This document shows, piece after piece, positions 1 through 14,745 of a stretch of 64,000 bases of DNA (the first letter of the stretch is position 1; each line of letters starts with the position of its first letter). This stretch comes from Eledone cirrhosa (lineage: Eukaryota). Below the pieces are notes generated by a model, which was given only the letters and a program-made list of their open reading frames with translations, did no database searches and was not told the DNA's origin. The position numbers were made by a program, and so were the translations under genes. Where the stretch lies: NCBI GenBank assembly GCA_964016885.1, contig OZ024752.1:49538001-49602000 (forward strand), in the 5' to 3' direction.

Positions 1-50
<50 letters not shown>

Positions 51-115
51 GTATGTTTTAAAACAGTCAGCCTAAAAATTTCTTTAGTCAAAAATACGGT
101 GAAAGCTTATATTTC

Positions 116-204
<89 letters not shown>

Positions 205-447
205 ATACTTTGGGAGGGTCATGTTGCCAATAAGAAACACATGCACCAGTTGCTTTCACTTCAATTTATTATAAATTTATAAATTTCTGGTTGGTTGGTT
301 GGTTCCACAACCAGATAGTTGTTTATATATAGTCATAGTTCTTTCGTCACACACTCTGTGACCTCTTCAGTGACTGGGGATTCCTTTCTTTGTTTCTGTG
401 CCTCTCCTTTGTTCTGTCCTACGCCATTTTCACCAAATTCAGAAACG

Positions 448-489
<42 letters not shown>

Positions 490-549
490 TGTATATCTAT
501 TAATATTTTATTTCCTTAGTTATTCTAGTCATATTTCAATTTGTCTTAA

Positions 550-771
550 CCCTTTAGCATTTAAACCAGCCATATCCAGCCAGAATTCTCTCACTTCTTT
601 CTGTTCCAACCAGCCATAATTGACTACTCATACTTATGTTACGGCATTGTTCTCAATATAAATAATATCAAAATCTTATAGATTCGATATTATGTGGGAT
701 AATTTATGTGAGATAAAGTGTTTACTGTGAAAATATAATAGTAAATATAGAGTAATGTAAACGCTAAAGCA
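550..771 (+). mobile_element. piggyBac-type MITE (family P1), in the intron before the ZNF exon
   Basis: TTAA|CCCTTTAGCATTTA at the left end and a degraded right TIR (TAAACGCTAAAGC). Colinear similarity to 6034-6243. Confidence 0.7.
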
Positions 772-889
772 TTATGATTAAAAAAAAAAAAACCCACACA
801 AATAAAATGAAATGTATCAATTTAAGTTTATTTTTCATCTGATTTCTACTACTAACACAACTCTTTTCTTTTTCTTCTCTTTTCCATAG

Positions 890-1644
890 GTGAGCGTCCC
901 TATATCTGTGGTGCTTGTGGAGTACAGTACAGCCAGAGCCATAGCTTGAAAAGCCACATTACTAATAAGCATGAGGGCAGAATGGGTTACTACATCAAAG
1001 AGAAACGGCACAGAGCTCACAGGGGGATAGGTTATATGACTGCTTCAGTCCCGGGTACCGATATGCCCCTATTCAAGATACCGCCAACTTCAGCTGTTCT
1101 CAATGCGAGTTTAACAGCTGGCCTTGACCTATCAAGTAAATTTTCTGAGCCTCTTAAGGCTTCGTTTCTTGATAATACTCTAAACCAACTGAAATCTAGT
1201 CCACAGCAACATAGTATCCTGAACGGCCACTCTTCACCCCACTGCGCTGATCTCCTGCAGAATCATTGCCCTCCGGGTCCTGGTTTTCCACCAGCACACC
1301 ATCACGGGCCTCTTCAGTACCAGGCTTCCAGGGGAACTGTGAAGATGGAACCTTTAGATAACGGCTCCAACCAAGCCATGGATCTTAGCATACGGTCTTC
1401 ACGTATTGGGCATGGTCATGCTAATGGCCACAACCAGCAGTGTTCCGATGTAAATGGTCTCGACGACTGTAAGCATGCTGAAAAATTAAAAACACTACGT
1501 GGCAATGTAGTCCGTATGCTGGCAATTCTGGTTCCAAACTTGGATTTTGAAGAGAAGGGGATAAGTGCAGAGGGAGATTCTGTGGACGAACTTCTCCAGG
1601 ATGTCATTGAAAGCAATTCCCCTGAAGAGGAAATTCCAGAATAG
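890..1644 (+). CDS. Terminal coding exon of a C2H2 zinc-finger transcription factor (upstream exons outside the window)
   Basis: Polypyrimidine tract and AG acceptor at 888-889. A phase-1 junction gives (G)ERPYICGACGVQYSQSHSLKSHITNKH, i.e. the GERP end of a TGERP-type linker plus C-x2-C-x12-H-x4-H. The frame is open to TAG at 1642-1644 and GC is far above the flanks. Contains GLDLS, AMDLS, VKME and a C-terminal amphipathic module. Confidence 0.93.
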
Positions 1645-1995
1645 TTTTAATTTACCAGAAACATGTAACGAGGATATAAACTAAACACAGAAAAAAAAAA
1701 TTATGAGATAAGGATCACATAAGGAACAGAAAGAAAAAAATAACAATAACAAAAACAAACATAAAACAAATGAATCTCACCAAAAAGGACGGAGTTTTAA
1801 AACGTCATTGTGTGGGTGGGTGGGTGGGGGGCAGTTTATTTATTTATTTATAATGACAAATGTTTGTCTGGTAATTCTAATGAAAGCCAATATCATCGTC
1901 TTTTAAACCCATATCTCACTCTCTCTCCCTTTCTTCTCCTTCTCTTTTCTGGTTTACCCTTTTTTTTTTATTGTTTCTTTATATGTAACATATAT

Positions 1996-2044
<49 letters not shown>

Positions 2045-2243
2045 TATACATATATATATGTATGTATGTGTGTGTGTATATATATTCATATATATATATA
2101 TATATGAGTACTTACAAGTGTAAATGTATTTGTTTCTTTACATATATATGCATATATGTATATATATATATATAAATACAAATATAAATACATATATATA
2201 TATATATATATTATGTATATATATATATGCATATATGTGTACG

Positions 2244-2276
<33 letters not shown>

Positions 2277-3429
2277 ACATAAATACACTCACACGCACAC
2301 ATAAATTAAGATACATATATACACGCAAGTGGTAAATTGCAATATCAGTATATAAGGGAGAGAACTCTTTCTGATATAACATTTTAAATTTTGTTTTGTT
2401 TTTATGGGTAAATTTTTTTTTTTCCTTAATTTCTCCTTAAGCTGAGATTGCCTAGCACTGGGTCTAAGAGTGCAATAAGACATGTGCAAATTTACATATC
2501 ACATCATGGAAATTTTTTCATTTAAATATCACAGCCATTACATCCAAATCAAAATTTTTCTTGTCATTCCAAAATCCCGGTTTGCTCTAGCAAAATATTG
2601 CGGAAATAATTTAAGAAAAAATATGATAAATATATATATATATTATATAACTGTGGAAGAAAATAAAACACTAGAAGTGAAGTCTTTAGTGGAAAATATA
2701 AAGAATAAGAAAGTTGGAAAATATTTGAAAGAAAAAGATAAAAAAACAAACGTGGTTTCATAAAGTGGAAAAATATAAGAATCAAAAAGAAAAGATAAAC
2801 AAATGAAGAATAATAAGAATTCAAGACAATAACTCCCCCACCAGCCCTATGTTGGCATCACTTTATTATAACCCATTCTGTTCTGAGGAAAGGGTGGGGG
2901 CAAACAAGTATTTTTGTTTAAGTATTTTTTTGCTGGCTTAATTTGTTTTTTATTTCTTTTTTTATATATATATATATTTATTTAAATGAATGGGAAAAAA
3001 ATAAGAAAGGAAAAAAGAAGGAAAACACCAATAACATTGGTTTTTTTTAATTTAATTTTTTTTTTTTTTGGTCTCCTTCTCGCCCATATATGGCGAGTCA
3101 TCTCCATCTTCAAATCTCAATTGTGTTTCATTCCTCCTCCTTGCTTTGTTGTTTTTCTTCATGCCATATATATTTTTTACTCTTTTATTATTATCATTAT
3201 TAAGGGTAGTACATGATATTATGAAGTATATGTTATAAATATACTGCTTTACATATAAGGATCTCAGCTGTATTTTATTAAAAGAAAGCAAACATTTTTT
3301 TTTATTAAATATTTTTTTTTTAATGTCTATTGCCAGCTGTTTATATTTTCCATCCAAATGCTCCAAGAAATATTATCAATATGACAATAATATGAGAAAA
3401 TAGAGCCCCTATTAAGCCTAGTTTATATA

Positions 3430-3458
3430 ACAATATATTTATATATATATATATATAT

Positions 3459-3490
<32 letters not shown>

Positions 3491-3502
3491 ATTATATATA
3501 TA

Positions 3503-3545
<43 letters not shown>

Positions 3546-3645
3546 ATATATTATATATATATATATACATTATATATATATATATATATATACATTATAT
3601 ATATATATATATATATACATTATATATATATATATATATATACAT

Positions 3646-3679
<34 letters not shown>

Positions 3680-4480
3680 CTCTATATATATATACATTAT
3701 ATATATCTCTATATATATATATATTATATATATCTCTATATATATATATTATATATATCTCTCTCTATATATATATACATTATATATATCTCTATATATA
3801 TACATTATATATATCTATATATATATATATATACATTATATATATCTATATATCTATATATATACATTATATATATCTATATCTATATATATATATACAT
3901 TATATATATCTATATCTATATATATATATACATTATATATATCTATATCTATATATATATATACATTATATATATCTATATCTATATATATATATATATA
4001 TATATACATTATCTATATCTATATATATATATATATATATATACATTATATATATCTATATATATACATTATATATATCTATATATATACATTATATATA
4101 TCTATATATATACATTATATATATCTATATATATACATTATATATATCTATATATATACATTATATATATCTATATATATACATTATATATATCTATATA
4201 TATACATTATATATATCTATATATATACATTATATATATCTATATATATACATTATATATATATCTATATATATACATTATATATATCTATATATATACA
4301 TTATATATATATCTATATATATACATTATATATATCTATATATATACATTATATATATATCTATATATATACATTATATATATATCTATATATATACATT
4401 ATATATATATATCTATATATATACATTATATATATCTATATATCTACATTATATATATCTCTATATATATATATATATAC
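3430..4480. repeat. (TA)n tract with a ~22-bp higher-order unit (CATTATATATATCTATATATATA)
   Basis: Directly visible tandem repetition. Confidence 0.9.
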
Positions 4481-4593
4481 ACACACATATATATATATGT
4501 GTGCGTTATTGTGTGTGTTTTACTGCTCAAGACTAAAATCATACTATATCTTAAAAATTTGTACTTTCACAAAATTTGATATACCCTAAAGAA

Positions 4594-4687
<94 letters not shown>

Positions 4688-4974
4688 TTTTTTTTTTGTT
4701 GATCTTCTTACAGAAACATACCATGTCTAGATTTCTATTTAATTAGTATACACAGAACTGTTTGCAGCAATGTTGATCAAATAATTATAGAACACTGATG
4801 CTTTCCATAAATCTTATAGCATTTGATTACAATTTTATTATAGATATTAGACATGGCATATTTGCACACTATATATAATGAGATAAATAGCTTCTTTTTT
4901 TCCTTTTTTTTTTTATAGTTTAGTTGTTGTTAGTTTCTTCATAAAATAATTTATTAGATTCTTGAAACCCTTTA

Positions 4975-5005
<31 letters not shown>

Positions 5006-5389
5006 GTACATGTATGCATATATATATAAATGTATGTATATATATATATATATAAATGTATGTATATGTATGTATGTTTGTATATTATATATATATTTAT
5101 ATATATATGTATATGTATGCATATATATATATAGTATGTATGTTTGTATATTATATATATATTTATATATATATATGAAATATTGATTTATTTTCTCATC
5201 CATTTATGATATATTAGCAAACCTGTTATTAGTTGATCATGAATAGAATCAAAATATATTTTATATCAATATAAATTCTGCTGCCCATTATTCCAGACCA
5301 TTGCTATTTCTGGTAAATACAAAAGCCATTTTCTTCAATTCTGAAAGTTCTTACACTGCTCAATGAAATATAACAAAAGGTAGGATACA

Positions 5390-5459
<70 letters not shown>

Positions 5460-5941
5460 TTATCAGTTGTTATATGTTCCAAATCTAGATTCCTTTCATT
5501 CATTCCATAACCGTTTTCTCTCAGTGCTTCATGTTTCTTTTGTTTTTGTTTTTCTTTGTGTGTGTGTGTATGTGTGTGTGTGTGGGTTTCTTTTTACCTA
5601 TTTTATTCAGCAAACTGTATATAACAATACAATATATATTTATTATTAACTTTATTATTATAATTATTATTATTTATAATTTTCATCTATTTGATATATA
5701 TATCTATTTCAAATCAATTTACGTACAATTTCCTGCTGAAATTAATTTTAAAAATCAAAAAAGACAAAACAAAACAAAATGCTGATATGATAATTATTAC
5801 TTATCAACATATTTACATATTTGTGGCCAATTTATCATATATACACATATATACAAGTGAAAATAAACTGGAATAATAGAAAGATAGGGAGAAGTAGAAA
5901 AGTGAAAGAGAGAGAGAGAGAAGAGATAGATTAAAAGTGAG

Positions 5942-5988
5942 TTTATTTCACATTGCTCCAGTCCACTCAGCTGGAATTAATGAGTTGT
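5942..5988 (+). mobile_element. CORE-like SINE fragment
   Basis: TTTATTTCACATTGCTCCAGTCCACTCAGCTG matches the central domain of SINE family B (e.g. 63050-63081). Confidence 0.55.
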
Positions 5989-6033
5989 GACTAAACATGT
6001 TCCAAGCTCTATTGGCTTTTGTCTTTATTTTAA

Positions 6034-6243
6034 CTTTTTAGCATTTAAACCGGCCATATCTAGCCAGAATTCTCTCACCCCTTTCTGTTTAAACCAGCCA
6101 TAACTGGCCCTCTCATACCGACATTAAGGTATTCTTCTCGAAATAAATAATATCAAAATCTCATAGATTCGATATCATGTGAGATAAAGCCTTTACTGCA
6201 AAAAATAGAATAGTAAATATAGTGTTATATAAATGTTAAAGGG
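6034..6243 (+). mobile_element. piggyBac-type MITE (family P1)
   Basis: Flanked by TTAA (6030-6033, 6244-6247). Ends with TAAATGTTAAAGGG, the inverse of the left end. Similar along its length to 550-771. Confidence 0.75.
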
Positions 6244-7978
6244 TTAAACAATATTGTTGTCATAGGCAAAGGAAACTAGTATGAATGGATGACTACAAGT
6301 CTCCTACAAAAAAAACAAATTCCCCTATTCCCCAGGTTTGCTCCCTGGAGGGGAATATTCCAAGTGCAAAGCCATGGTGTACCATGACCAAAGAGCGCCC
6401 TAAAGGACTAGATCAGATCTCGTAATGCAAACACCTGGATAAGTTTGATTAGTTAGCTGCTTATTGAAGAGTTCCTTGCTGCTTTTACATAATATTTATT
6501 TCTGTCTAATTGAAAATTTCTCTGCTGATGTTTATTTTTACTTTTGGTTCTTTTTGTTTTTCTCTCTTTCTTTGAGAATAGTTTTGAAATATCTTTCCAT
6601 CATGACATTAAATTTAAAATCAAAATCTTCTTCCTGCTGAACATCTATTTATTTATTTATCTATCTATCTATCTATCTATATATCCATCTATTTACTTGT
6701 CTCACTATCTATATAGATATTTATCTATGTATCTATCCATCTATCAACATTATCTACCTATCTACCTATCTGTATATATATTTGTCTATATATATATATA
6801 TCTATTTAGCTAGCTGGCTATCTTTCTATCTAGCTATCTATCTCTATCTATACATATCTACATCTCTATACATATCTACATCTATATACATATCCACATC
6901 TATATACATATCTACATCTATATACATATCTACATCTCTATACATATCTACATCTCTATACATATCTATCTATATACATATCTTTCTCTATACATATCTA
7001 TCTATATACATATATCTATATCTCTATACATACCTTTCTATATATTTTGCCAATGTCTTTTGTTCTTCATAAAAGACAATAAGTTGATTTCTGCTGATGT
7101 TTTGACATGTCAATTATACACTTACCATTCCAATAAGTGCAATAATGTTCTTTCTTTCTACTGCTGTCTAACTACATAACACTTTACAATTGAGAATTTC
7201 TAATCCATCATTTTAGATTTTCAAATAATTTCTTCATTTTTCCATTCTGTATTTTTCACTGAGTTGTTATTCTCCCCCACCCCACCATATTTTTACTTGG
7301 TATGTTTTTGTTTCTTCTTCTTCTTCTTCTTCTTCTTCTTCTTCTTCTTCTCCGTTTTTATTTATCATTGGAAGTATATTCTATAATATTATATTTGCAT
7401 ATATTTATACACTTGTGTGTGTTTGTGCTTGTACATGTATGTGTACATGTACCTGCATATGTGAGTGTGTGCGTGTTTGTACTTATACATGTATGTGTGT
7501 GTGTGTGTGTGTTAGAGCTGAAATATATTACTGGACTACTACTGCTGCTGCATATTAATTGGAACAATATAAATGATATTCTAAGAATTATCAGAGTAAC
7601 AACAAGCATTTTAAGGTCTTCACCCGCCCCCCACCCCTGCTAAAGTAAAGGGTTAGTTTTGTAGACCCTATGATAGACTACATACTTACCATGGATTCTT
7701 TTTGGAGCAATGCTCTACAACCAGATGCCCTTCCTGACACCAAAACCTTTAGTCACCTTTTAAAGCATTCAGTATATTTTTTGAAAACTGTAGAAGTAAA
7801 GTTCCCACTGTCACCACCAGCATCACCATCATTGCACTGGTGATGTAACTGGGGTTTACTTACTCTCTATCTCTCTCTGCCCCCCCCCCCCCCCCCTCTC
7901 TCTCGTAGAGCTGTGAAAAGAGAATTTAAAGAAAAACAATTGCTAAATTGTATCAGGTATTTATTTAATCCATTAATA

Positions 7979-8016
<38 letters not shown>

Positions 8017-8204
8017 CCCCGACTAACTACACTTCCATGTTGGGAATTTCCCCCTTTCATTTGTCAGTGTTCTGTCAATTAGACAAGAGAAACCCAGCTG
8101 CACTCAATAGGAAGTAATTGTGTAACTATATATAATGAGCACTATGTAATCTCATATCAAGGTTGTTTGTGTGTTGTAAGTGAGACAGTAGTAGGGTGGG
8201 AGGA

Positions 8205-8235
<31 letters not shown>

Positions 8236-9137
8236 GGTAGTATGACATGGGATGGGAGTAGGAGGTAGACACGAGTTAGGATACCAAAAACGTCTTGCAA
8301 TAAATAAATATATAAAATAAATAAATTAAATAAAATAAAATGCAAATATATAAAATAAAATGAAATAAATAAATTAGCATTAAATAAAAAAAAAATCAAA
8401 TGACGAAAGCAGGGTTTATTTCCATTTGTGGATCTATAAAAAAGAGGATAGGGGAAAAAAGGATTTGATATGGATTTTAGAAATTTAAAAGTTTAAATTT
8501 TCTTTATATTGATTTATGTATATTTTGTTTAGCTTCTCTTTAAGACGCTTTTTTCTCTCCCTATCTCTTTCTCTTCCCTATCTAATTAAGCCCAACAAAA
8601 CTGCTTGGATTTATGGCCAATCCCAACCCTTTTACACAGCTAACTTCATCAGTCTCTAGATGGGTGTTTACTGCATTTATTATACTTTCTACTATCATAT
8701 TTCTCTCTCTCTCTCTGCTGTTTTTCTACGACTGCTGATTGTCTTTTTTTACTGCTGAATAGCTCTCACAACAGCATTTACAATCTGCTTCTTTCTTTGT
8801 GTCCTCCAAAACATCTTTCTTATTTCTTGGGATTCTAAGATTATTCTAATTACTGCTGATTTAAAATGGAATTTTTTTTTTCTTTTTTTTTTATGAAGTA
8901 GAGATGGTGAGAGACACTCTTGTTCTTTCTTATCATTTTTATTTCACTTCCTTTTCTTTTATTTCTTTTTCTTTTCGAGATGCCCCAAACTCTGCAACAT
9001 CAGAGTTAATATATCTTTACATAATTTTCATGACATAAGAAGGAATTATCAACATATTTCCTTTTACTGAAGTGTTCTAGTCATTTATTGCATACACTTT
9101 CTTACACACACACACACACCCACATATAATATATATA

Positions 9138-9268
9138 TTTATTAAAATAACAGATTAAAGTTTAAGCAAAGAATCCCTGCTTTCACCCTTAATGGGTTCT
9201 TATATATTTGATATATATTTATCCTTATAAAGCCCTCTTTGGATTTTAGTCTTCACATTTATTATTAT

Positions 9269-9272
<4 letters not shown>
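9138..9272 (+). mobile_element. Short repeat family D (probable Penelope-like pseudo-LTR remnant) in (TA)n
   Basis: TTAAAATAACAGATTAAAGTTTAAGCAAAGAATC... recurs at 43293, at 51361 (minus strand, internally deleted) and at 60483. Confidence 0.6.
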
Positions 9273-9315
<43 letters not shown>

Positions 9316-10488
9316 TCATTTTTTTGTGAAGAAAACGATGAATATTATCAGATCATAATAAAATTTTATGTAATTGCTGAACTTAGAAAATCTTTATATT
9401 ATTGACAACATATTGGCTCCTAGAAATCATTATTGACAATATATTAACCATTATCACACACAGTAGCTTTATCCTATTGCAGGTGTTATAACTTAACCCT
9501 TTGCAATATATTTTAATTTACTTTCCCTCCCAAGGAAAAGAAAACAACAACAACAAAAAACCAGTAAAATGAAGCAGAATTTTTTAAATTTCTGCAAACA
9601 ATATTTTTGCAAATATGTTACAACATTATGTTGTGTTTTATTTATATAAATTGCTTGACTCTTTCCTATTAAGAGCTATCTAACAAAGGATGACTTCTAG
9701 GAGTAGAAAGGATTAATATCCATGTTGTAGGAAGGAAAACACTGAGCTGGTTTACCACTCTCTTCTCTATATATGTGTTCATAGAAAGATTTGAGTCCAG
9801 AACTGCAGGCAAAGCACTGCTTCTTAAAACAGTGTCTTTCATGTTTGTTTGTTTGTGGTCACCTGTAACTGTTTGTTTACAGTTAGCTGATTAAAGCCAT
9901 CAATAGAAAGAAAATAAATCTCCCCTCAAAAACAAAACTCTTTGTCAAGGACACATTGTTGAGCTGCTGACAGGATAAAAACTGCTGATCCTTTGACCAA
10001 TAGGACAGGGGATGGCTACCCCCTTTGACTCAAAAACAGCTCTTACTCTGTTTTTTTTCTCTTGTTTTATATTTCATTTTCTAAGTGAAACAAAAACAAA
10101 AATCAAAAAAGAAACACTAACAGCTATTCCTTCCACACATATTTCTCGGCAAAATAAGAAACCAGAAAAATATTTTCTGTCTACATATACATATTTTTTT
10201 TAAATATCTTTTTAATATTTTCTTTTCTCATTTTGAAAAAAGAAAATCTCATTTTGCAAATTATTTATTTTTTCATCTCTTAACTACTCATTCCTTCTTT
10301 CTCTTTCTCTTCTTCTTTCATTCTCCACCCCACCCCCTCTTTCTCTCACTCTCACTATCTTAATTTTCTATATATTAAAGAATTTAAGCTTTAATATGTT
10401 ATTTACGAATCATATATATATATATGCGCACACATATATATATATATGTATGCATATATATATATATGTGTATGCATATATATATATA

Positions 10489-10555
<67 letters not shown>

Positions 10556-10847
10556 ATACATTTTACCTATGCCCACCTTTATATTCTTTTACAAAAGTTA
10601 AAAAAATATTTAAAAAAAGCTAGAAAGAAAGAATGAAATATATTTATTAATTTCTTTATTCCTTCATTTTCAATCCCTTCTGAATATTCTCCCCGGTGGC
10701 GAAGTAAAACCTGAGCAAGAAACACGAAGCTCTGATGTAATGGTTGTTACTGTAAATGTCTTCTAATCTTTGGTTATTTTCATATTTTTCTCTTTTGCTA
10801 GAGTGTAATCAAAACGTTACATAACATACATACATGCATATAGATGA

Positions 10848-10935
10848 TAATAAGGAAAATTATTGTGTACAGTGCTCAGGTGCACTACAACTCATCAAAG
10901 GTGTATGTATATTACATAGAATAATGTTCAAATTC
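10848..10935 (-). mobile_element. 3' end of a non-LTR retroelement with (ATT)n tail
   Basis: ATTATTGTGTACAGTGCTCAGGTGCACTACAACTCATCAAAGGTG is nearly identical to 52311-52386, which abuts an (AAT)n run. Confidence 0.6.
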
Positions 10936-10976
10936 CAGATAGATATAAAGATATATAAATAACTAGATATATACAT

Positions 10977-11051
<75 letters not shown>

Positions 11052-11349
11052 ATATTTATTATTAATAGTGACTATTTACTTTGGCAAAACTTTGAAGTAA
11101 ACACTCAGTATTAATACAAAATATCATATTGTCTCAATTAACAGTATTGAGTCCTTCATTTAGTTCATACTTAGTGTATTTATTACATAAACCCCTAAAA
11201 CAAGCATCTGTCTATCTATCTATCTACTCTGGTTAATACCTTACCAAGAAAATCCTAAGGAATACAAATCGTAGAGTGCTTTACTTCTGTTCATAAGAAG
11301 TCAGCAGTTTACATGATCAACCAACTTTCATCAATTGAACTATAAATAT

Positions 11350-11388
<39 letters not shown>

Positions 11389-13556
11389 GTTCTAATAATG
11401 ATTAACTTTTAAAATTATCCATAATGAAAGCAACAAAAACTAAGAAAAAAAAAAAAGAATTCAACAACTGGTATAGCAATAATTTTCTTGAGCAGTATAA
11501 CGTTAATTGAGTGGCAATAAACATTTCTTTACTAAACATAGTTGTAATTAAAGGAAGGATGTACACAGAAACATCCATAAATACGCTGAAATATATATAA
11601 GAAAAAAACAACAAGAAAAGGCAAGTGATTTTATGTTTGTTTGTCTTTTGGGAATTTTTGGTTTAAAAAAATCACATTTTTATGGGTTTTTTTTATGTTT
11701 TTTTTTTCAAAATTTATTGGCCGTTTTGCTTCTTTTTTCCTTTACCTTTTTTCTCATGAATGGCGATGAGGTCTTTAAAAAAATTGTGGAAAAGAACAAA
11801 TCTCTAGAAACTTAACGAAAAATAACTGTAACTCATACATTCCAATTTAAACCATATCTAATTATTACTATTATTATTATTATCATTATATTACGATTAT
11901 TATTTTTATTATTATTATTATTATTACTTTTTAACTGGCAGCAAATTTTGTATGTAGTCAATGGCATAAGAAAAAAGATTAAAAAAAAAACTTAAAAAGA
12001 AAAAAATATATGTTTGTGTATTTTGTAATACTTGTTCCATGAAGCTGGAATGCAGATCTAAAGATGATGGTCTTTTGGCTGCAGGAGAAATCACATGAAA
12101 AAGGAAAGAAGAAAAAAAATGTATGTAAAAGAAAAGCTGACACTTGTAATGTAGTTTTGCCCACTACACTTTAAAACCTTAACCTAATTATTCCCCTCTC
12201 ACCCAACAACAGCATCACTTTCATCACTATATCATCACCTCCACACCACATCCTTTCCCTGTCTCCTTACCCTCATCTCACCTCATTACAGTATTTATTA
12301 GACATTTATATCTGCATGATTAAATTAAATGTGTTCTTTGATTATATATCATTGATGGTAAATAACAGAAAAAATGAAGAAAACATTGTCGACTAAGGAA
12401 TGACAAAGACTATGCTATTTGACAGAAGTTGCTCAGCTGTCAAATAGCTTAGTCAGCCCTTTTTTTTTTTTTTTTTTTTTTTTCACAATTCTATGTCCTG
12501 TCCTTCTCCTTCGCGAATATTGAATTTAAAAGAATTTAAAACAAGACTGTAAAGGTATGAGTAAGAAATTAAAATGAAAGATTTTGAAAAAAAAAAAAAG
12601 AGAAAAGCGAAAGATTTTAATATGTTCTAAAAAACATATGAGGAAATTAATTCACAAGATATTTGGTTCTCTGTGGCAGATAAAGTAACAGAGAAGATAA
12701 TATATATTTGGTCCCCTGTGAAGGGAAGTCTGAGTGAGAAAAGAGTTAACTAACTAAAATTAAAAATGGTCTCTGGTTTTATAAAACCCAAAATATTATA
12801 TATATATATATAGACAGAAATATATATATATATTTATATATATATATATACATATATATAAACTTTTTCCCCAATAAATTAACTCCCATTTTTTTTTTTT
12901 TTTTTTTTTTTTGAAGATTTCATGGGTATGAAATTTAAAAAAATTAAACAATTCTTGGTGGTCTTTCTGTGGCATTTAAAAAGAAACACAGAAATACGTA
13001 TATATGTATATATATACATATACATACATATATATATATATATAATATACATATTTACATATATATATATATACATATATATATACATATATATATACAT
13101 ATATATACATAAATATATATATATATATATATATACGATGCAAATAAGAATAAGAAAACAACTAAAACAGGATTTCAAGGAAGACAGCTTGAAATCCCGT
13201 TCAAGATATTCGTATGGATTATCCTTTGTTGGTTGTTTGACGAGGTCTGGGGTTTCAAAATTTGAATAATCAAGCAATCATTCATTCATTTATTTATTAA
13301 TCAATTTATTTTTAACATCTTTCTCTAACTAGTAGAGGAATGGAGTTATTTCTTAGTACAATTATATCAAGACTCCTAATTGTTTTTTTGTTTTATCAAT
13401 TAAAGAAGAAAAAAAAAGGTGTTTGTTATATTTGTATTTATATCTGAAGAGAAATAGTTTTTTTTTTCTCAAATATATATATATATATTTACACACACAC
13501 AGACGTATGTAAATATGTATCTATGTATGTATAAATCTATGTTTGTGTGTATATAC

Positions 13557-13590
<34 letters not shown>

Positions 13591-13785
13591 GTATATATAT
13601 ATACACATATATATATATACACATATATATATATATATGTATATAACAGGGTTGTGAAATTATATTTATCTGGTATTTTCCATTAACAATTCCTTCAAGT
13701 TTAGCTCACTTTTCATGTTTGTTATAAAGTTACAAAAGTTTGCGTGTTTGAATTTATATGTAGGCGTGTTGTGTGTGTGGCATTA

Positions 13786-13841
<56 letters not shown>

Positions 13842-14104
13842 GTGTGTATATATATATAAACATTAGATTGTCTTCCGAATGATATTGTTGAATAAAGAGA
13901 AGGGTGGAATGAAAAAAATTACCTAAGAACATAATTCTATATTTACTGCTTTAAAATAAACTTTTTCTTTGATGTTGATGTAGGCTAAAATATAAGGAAT
14001 CTGCTGGACAAAGCACAACAAAAAAACTTAATAATTATAAGGGTTAGCTAAAGAAAGTTCTATATGTGATTACTCATATATATATATAAGGTACAGACTA
14101 ACAC

Positions 14105-14168
<64 letters not shown>

Positions 14169-14213
14169 TTCTCTACATAGATATTCACATACAAATTTGT
14201 ATAGTTTCAGAAA

Positions 14214-14249
<36 letters not shown>

Positions 14250-14280
14250 TACATACATACATACATACATATGGTATTAT

Positions 14281-14516
14281 TGTGGGTTAGCAGTATCGGT
14301 AGAACATCGGACACCATGCTTTGGAGCATAGAGTTGCGGCCCTTTACGGCCTGAGTTCAAATCCCGCCGAGGTTAGCTTTGCCTTTCATCCTTACGGGGA
14401 CGACAAAATAAAGCACCAGTAATTCACTGGGGTCGATTGCATAGACTTTCGCCCGCGCCCTCTCTTCAAATTTCTGGCCTTGTGCCTAAAGTAGAAACTA
14501 TTATTATTATTATTAT
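14281..14516 (+). mobile_element. tRNA-derived SINE family A, long-tail variant
   Basis: A-box-like TAGCAGTATCGG, B box GAGTTCAAATCCC, central GCCTTTCATCCTTACGGGG domain and (ATT)n tail. At least 10 related copies or fragments in the window. Confidence 0.9.
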
Positions 14517-14745
14517 TTGGCAGAATTGTTAGAATAACAGATTAAAATGCCTGATTTTCTGTAATACTTTGTGTTGTTCTGTTGTTGCTCTGTGCTGCAA
14601 AAGCTCAGTTACTGTTAGAGTCAACTTCGCCTGTCATCCTCTCAGGCATTGATTAAATAGAGTACCGTTTGTGTGTACTGGGCTGGTTCCATCACATGTA
14701 TGCCCCATTCATACACGGAGGCTTTGAGCCAATGCAAAAACTAAT
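14517..14745 (+). mobile_element. Old, degraded SINE family A copy
   Basis: TTGGCAGAATTGTTAG head and GTCAACTTCGCCTGTCATCCT central domain, directly after the tail of the previous copy. Confidence 0.6.

Noticed and set aside
946-948. TTG start given for the 232-aa ORF
   Set aside because: The frame extends upstream to the splice acceptor at 889. This is an internal Leu within the zinc finger.
13170-13197. 10-bp hairpin GGATTTCAAG/CTTGAAATCC and surrounding ORFs
   Set aside because: Isolated short stem that is plausible by chance; the ORFs are mostly microsatellite.
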